Shown: positions 50,936 through 64,000 of the stretch, one piece after another
Position numbering within the stretch: the first letter of the stretch is position 1
Layout of the letters: each line of letters starts with the position of its first letter
Source: the human T2T-CHM13v2.0 reference genome, Homo sapiens
NCBI RefSeq assembly: GCF_009914755.1
Contig: NC_060938.1
Length of the DNA: 64,000 bases
Strand: one strand, 5' to 3'
The notes under the pieces: model-generated
The model's input: the letters and a program-made list of their open reading frames with translations, nothing else
What the model was told of the DNA's origin: nothing
The model's database searches: none
Translations under genes and position numbers: made by a program

Positions 50936-53222
50936 TAGTAGAGATGAGGTTTCACTATATTAGCTAGGCTGGTCTCAAACTCCTGACCTCAGGTGATCCA
51001 CCCACCTCAGCCTCCCAAAGTGCTGGGATTACAGGCTTGAGCCACCGGGCCATAGAGATAAATTAGTAAGATAAATTGTGTAAGAGAGGAGATACAATCA
51101 CAGTACACAATAGGTCAGCTGTGAACAGTTTTACATATACACACAATGCAAACACTAAATAATGGTTTAACTAAAGCTGTCACAGGAGGATGGGTGTCAA
51201 GGAAGTGTGTTGAGCTTGGAAACAGGTTGTGTGGTCAGGTCTCCCAGCTTAGGAGAGCTGGATCCTAAGATTCCACTATAGAAAGTCTATTGATAATATC
51301 TAAATTTTATAAATAAAATAGAGGTAAAAGCATGTTATTTAGAAATCTGGAGGTAAATTGCATAAGAAAAAACTTAAAAGGTTAAACATGGTTTTTTCAA
51401 TTTCAGGAGGAGAAATTGAGGTAGGGAAGTTTCACTATAAGTCGTATCATATATTTAATTTTATAAAATACATATGCCTATTACGTTGATTAAAACAAAT
51501 TTTTAAAATATTTTAAAGAATGGCTAGAGTTAAAGGAGTAGGACTAACATATGTAGACAACACTGTCCTTTTCCACAAAGAGAAGAGAGAGGTTGTGGTC
51601 TCCATACCCAGTGAGCAGGTTTTAAGTGGAAAACAGAGTCAGAAGTCTTCTTTGCTGAGTCACAAAAGATCCAGGTGTAAAAAGGTCTAGCTCCTGTACT
51701 TGGGGGAAACTACATCACTGCCCTCCATGTAGTGGCAGGTGAAGAACTAAGAGCCAAGGAAGTCAGCTAAGGTTTCTGCAAAGCAGTATCTGAGCCCGAG
51801 TTGAATTTTTTATCCATGTCATAAGGTTTACTTGATAAGTCACACTGGGTTTATGTTTCCTAAAGAGTCTGTGATTGGTTCCCCTTTTCTCCTTTAGATT
51901 TAGAACAGTCTTGGAAAGACCCAGATAGTCTTGATCATGTAAACGGGCACCAAGGTGAGGTGCTAAGCCTTCAGTCAGTGTGGGAAAAGGAGAGCAGCAC
52001 CCCATGGTAGAATCCAGTCTGTCGTTTTAGCCTATCCAGCGTCTAATTCCTCTTTCTGAAAGGACTCCGTCCCCCCGGCATTCTCAGCCCATGTGGGGCT
52101 GACCCCTCTGCCAAGCTTCATCAAGGAGCACCCAGGCCTAGCCAATGAAAGCACTGTGTATCCTTGACTATCATGATTGGTCAGAAGTGGGCATGTGACC
52201 TGGGCTGGACCAATGACAGCCCTCTCCAGGGTTTTTGCTGAACCTATTAGAGGAAAGGTGCTAGCTCACTGCTGGGGTTGCTATGAGCCCCCGATGCAAG
52301 TATGAAGTTGCTGATACTCATCTGGCTACCACCTAGTAAAAAACTACCTGAGAATGAAGGCTACTCAGGGAAAAGCAGCCCAGAGAAATGTAAGGAAAGA
52401 GGTTCCTGATGACATCATCTGCGAACCTCTCAATGTTTTAGTTACTTGAGTCAACAAATTCCCTTCTGGGGATTTTATGCCACTTATAACTGAGATTCTT
52501 GAGTGATACACCTTCCTGGAGACAACGTGGTAAAAGTGGGAGATCCCAAGGAAAAGGCAAAACACAAAGTCAGAATAACCAGGTTATCTAATCACCCATG
52601 ATCTCCCAACCTCTGTGTTCTTCCGCGACTAACCTGATGCTGGGACCTTTTTTTTTTTTAATCAAGGTAGCTTATTGCCTCACAGGTACATACAGGAAAA
52701 GGCCTACTGCACAATCCTGCAAATACTCCTAATTAGGAGGGTCATGTGATGATATACCTGAGCGGCTCTCGTCCTCAGATATGTAAATGGCATCGAGTTC
52801 AGTCCTTAACTGATGCAAACATAGTCTCTTAATCTGGCCCCACTTAGAGCCATCAAGTCTCTGCCCAGACTCTCCCATGGGTGAGGACGGCCCCTGACTC
52901 ATTGTCAATTCTTCCATTGAGCCAAGAAACAAGAGCACAGCTAGAAAGTTCTTCTTCTGTCTGACTGAGACAGTTTCTGTTTCTCTGCACCTTCCACGCT
53001 CCCTAGATCTGCTCTCCAGGGCAACATAGGAAAAGCGCAAACCCACTTCCAAAGACAGTCCTTCAAGTATTTAAGAAGCGCCGTCATGTTCCTTTTTACT
53101 AGTAAGGAGCGAGTTTGGCCGCATGAAGCAGAAACCATACGACCATGGCTTAACCAAAGGCAGAGATAGATATTTCTCACCTTACAATAAGGCTGGGGCT
53201 GGGCAGGCTGGAGCTGGTGTGA

Positions 53223-53582
<360 letters not shown>

Positions 53583-54291
53583 TGAACCACCATGCCCGGC
53601 CTACCATCCTTAATAGGTAGCTTTCATCCTCATGGTTGCCTTGCAGTTATGGAGTGGGTGCTCCACCTTCAAACTCCAATCCACATCCCAAGCAGGAAGG
53701 AAAAAAGGGAAAGCAACAGGAAATAATTCCCAGAAATACCCAGCAGACTTCTGCTCATGTCATATAGGCCAGAAGTGTCACCCGTGGTCTCTCCAAGTTG
53801 CAAAGGAGTATAGTGTATCTTTTATTTGTTTAAATCTGGACACATCTCAAATAAAATGATGATGCTATTGATAAAGAAGAAAGGGAAAATGGGCATTGGG
53901 TAAGCAACTAACAGTTGCTTCAGAAGCTTTTTCAGACAAAATTCATTTATGGAGAGGCAGCATTGGAGGAAGGCTGAAGCCTTCACTTGGGGAAGGGGGT
54001 TTCAGACCCCCGACTTCAAGTCCAGGCTCACCACTTCCTTATCTGTGTGACTTTAGGAGATATTCTTGAGTTATTTGAGCTCCTGTCTGCTCATCTGTTT
54101 AATGAAGATAAATGCACTTTTCTCCAGGGCTTCTGGGATGATTAGAGCACCTCTGCGCAAAATGCCTTAACACTTTAGACAGGCAACAAATGAATTAACA
54201 TTTTAATTCTTCTCTTACTTCCTGTAATTGCTCATCATGTGACATGTTTCTAGTCCTTTCCTCCTGGACATGCCCCCAGGTTCTGTTCTAA

Positions 54292-54555
<264 letters not shown>

Positions 54556-54602
54556 TGATCTGCCCACCTCGGCCTCCCAAAGTGCTGGGATTACAGATGT
54601 GA

Positions 54603-56782
<2,180 letters not shown>

Positions 56783-57397
56783 TCTAATGTCACTTTCTAA
56801 ATGCAGCCCCAGGATGGAACACAAAACTCCCTTGTGTTTTGCAGAGTGGAGGACAATGGGCTATTTACTGTCCTTATTCCGGGCACTGTACTTCCTACTC
56901 ACACTGCCTAGATAGCTGCCTTTGATAGCCTTGTGAGCCCAGATTGTGGCAGGTAAAGGGAACCCCACACTCACTTCTCCTCCTCTCTGGGCTCTTGGCC
57001 TGTTGAAAACAGACAGAAGGAGCTAAGTAGGGACCTGCACAGAAAGTCAGGCTTTATTACTGAAGAGCTGAATGCAGAATTGGCAGGGTCTCCGACTGCC
57101 TTCCTCGAATCTAGTCCTTGCACAACTCTGACAAATCTTCCAATTGCAGCTAAAGAACTTAGAACCCAGAGAGCAAGGACCCACCTGAACCTGCCGGCAG
57201 GAGAAGGCCTGCTCTGTCTGCTTAATCCAGGACAGCTGGAAGTAGAGCCCCAGCTGTACATCCTGCCTCCACCAGCACAGGTGAGCTGTGCCCCCTGCCA
57301 CGCCCTGCAGGAGTGCTGTGTGCTCCCCAGGCTATCCCATCAGATGGGTGGCTTTGCCTGCAGCTAGAACAAGAGTGAGGAGGGCGGTGAAGGAGGC

Positions 57398-58148
<751 letters not shown>

Positions 58149-59786
58149 GGGCTGAAAAGAGAAAGGACCATGAGAAAAGTGGAAAGAAGAAATCCTCCCA
58201 ACGATGTTGCATTTGCAGTCGCCAAAGACCCAGGAGGCTTCCCGGGAGCTCCAGGTATGTCCTTCCCACTCGCTTTGCCGCCCAGCTGTTTTTTCCATCC
58301 TCGGAGGCTCAGCTCAAATGTCACCCAACTAGTGTTGCCCTTCCTGGGCTAACCTGACCTGGCAGAGTTCCCCACCCCTTGCCCTGGTGCACAGGGCACT
58401 GTCTGTGGCAGTATTCTGGACAGCCCACCTTGGTACTGTAGTTTTTTGTCTGTCTTAGTCCCTTATTAGAGGGGGAGCTCCTTGGGGATTGGAGCTATAG
58501 TCATTTCTCCTAAAAGTGTGTTAGATTGAGTGGAATTAAGCCAAGCCCTCCACATCTTAGACTTGCACTACTGAGTGTCTGATTTCATTTCAACCCCGCC
58601 CAGCCTTTCAAAGCTCATTACCCAAAACAGAAGCTTTCCCTCTCTTTTAGTGTCCTCTCTTGGCCATCAGTGTAAATGTCACCATGGATACCTAGTATTT
58701 TGTTTGCCCACCGGCCATAGAAATCTTTCCCCCCAGAAATTTTCAATCAGGACCGAGAGTTTCCAGCCCAGGCTGACGGCTCCCCTGAATGGAAGACATG
58801 TAAGCCCAGCCACTGTTATTTTCACTGGATATTTTCTACCCCAAGTTCCGAGCATCCCAGAAAGCAGATGTGGGGAAGAAGCAGGAGGCAGAGGGCAGAA
58901 AGGAGAGGGAGGGCTTTCTGTGCTCCCACAGTGCCCTGTTCCTGGTTTTAGTCAATCCCTGAGGCCCAGTGGCATCTCTGCCCTGGAATTCCTGAGATGC
59001 CTCTGGGGTCTTTCCAAAAGATTCCTGTTTTGCTTAGCCCAGCCAGAGTTGATTTCCATCACTTGCAACCAAAGAAGTCCTATAAAACTTGGAATGAGCC
59101 AGCCCGAGCCAAGAACAGAGTGCTGGCACATTACATACATGATGTGTTCCCAAACCAAATATGGTAAAGCCATACAAAGAGGCCATGAGTGTGGCCACCC
59201 TGTTTATGCGGAACACTGTAGAAAATCCAGAAGGAGGAAAGGGGGCCTATTGTTCCATCTGTCTGGCTGTAGGGCAGGGGCCAGGAGGAGGCAGGAGGGC
59301 AAGATGGAACATGGAAACCAAATCATGGGGTGGCACAAAGCATGGGGTATGGCCAGGAATTGAAACAGTGAGGAGCAGAAGCCAAAGATGCCAGGATTCA
59401 ATGCCCAGATAGAAAAGGCACAAACCGCAGGAGTGGGCCATGGTCCAACCAAGGGAGGAAGCTGCCCTTTGGGTACCAGAGAGTTCTGATTAATGCCCTA
59501 GGGCAGGATCTGTTCTTTGTGCGTGAACACCTCTCTTGAAGGCCCAGAATCCCTGCCACTGACACCACCCACCTTGGTAGACCCACTGAGTCATGAGTCT
59601 AGTTCCTAAGCCCTAGTCAAACCTCAGTCAGGATCACAAAGCTCATGCATTTGACTCATGGGGTAGTCTATGGTGCTGGATTCTGTACCTCTTTATTCTT
59701 CTTTTAGAAGCAGTCTTAGCAAGCTTAAGTAACTAGTTTCCCAGGCCATGATGGATTGGATTCGTGCATTAGAAATGGGGAGAGAT

Positions 59787-64000
<4,214 letters not shown>

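Noticed and set aside
58575-59363. 262-aa ORF
   Set aside because: GTG start, overlaps MLT1-like remnants, no domain or splice support.

Overview
Primate, most likely human, genomic DNA that is Alu-dense and carries an SVA, which restricts it to hominoids. Bases ~2.1-28.0 kb hold the 3' part of a spliced + strand gene that I read as LRRC74A (C14orf166B, 14q24.3). Nine coding exons with GT-AG borders join in one continuous frame (872 coding nt, about 290 aa). They encode ~28-aa RNI-like leucine-rich repeats followed by a degenerate EF-hand-like pair ending FSFLNTMKP*, with AATAAA at 28005. The remaining ~36 kb is intergenic. It contains a processed RPL22 pseudogene, a tailless 7SK retrocopy, a full-length SVA nested in an Alu, a MER41A solo LTR and MER21, MLT1, MER20, MER8, L1, L2 and MIR remnants; about 45 Alus are spread across the window. 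Almost all ORFs in the supplied track are repeat-derived or chance ORFs. I found no convincing new multi-gene biological system. The most interesting signals are mutational scars read directly from the sequence: a templated 146-bp insertion flanked by a duplicated quasi-palindrome, repeated retrotransposon reuse of the same target sites, a 171-bp tandem duplication with a cryptic micro-exon, and a rare GAG splice acceptor. Repeat subfamily names and pseudogene numbers come from memory of consensus sequences and were not searched.
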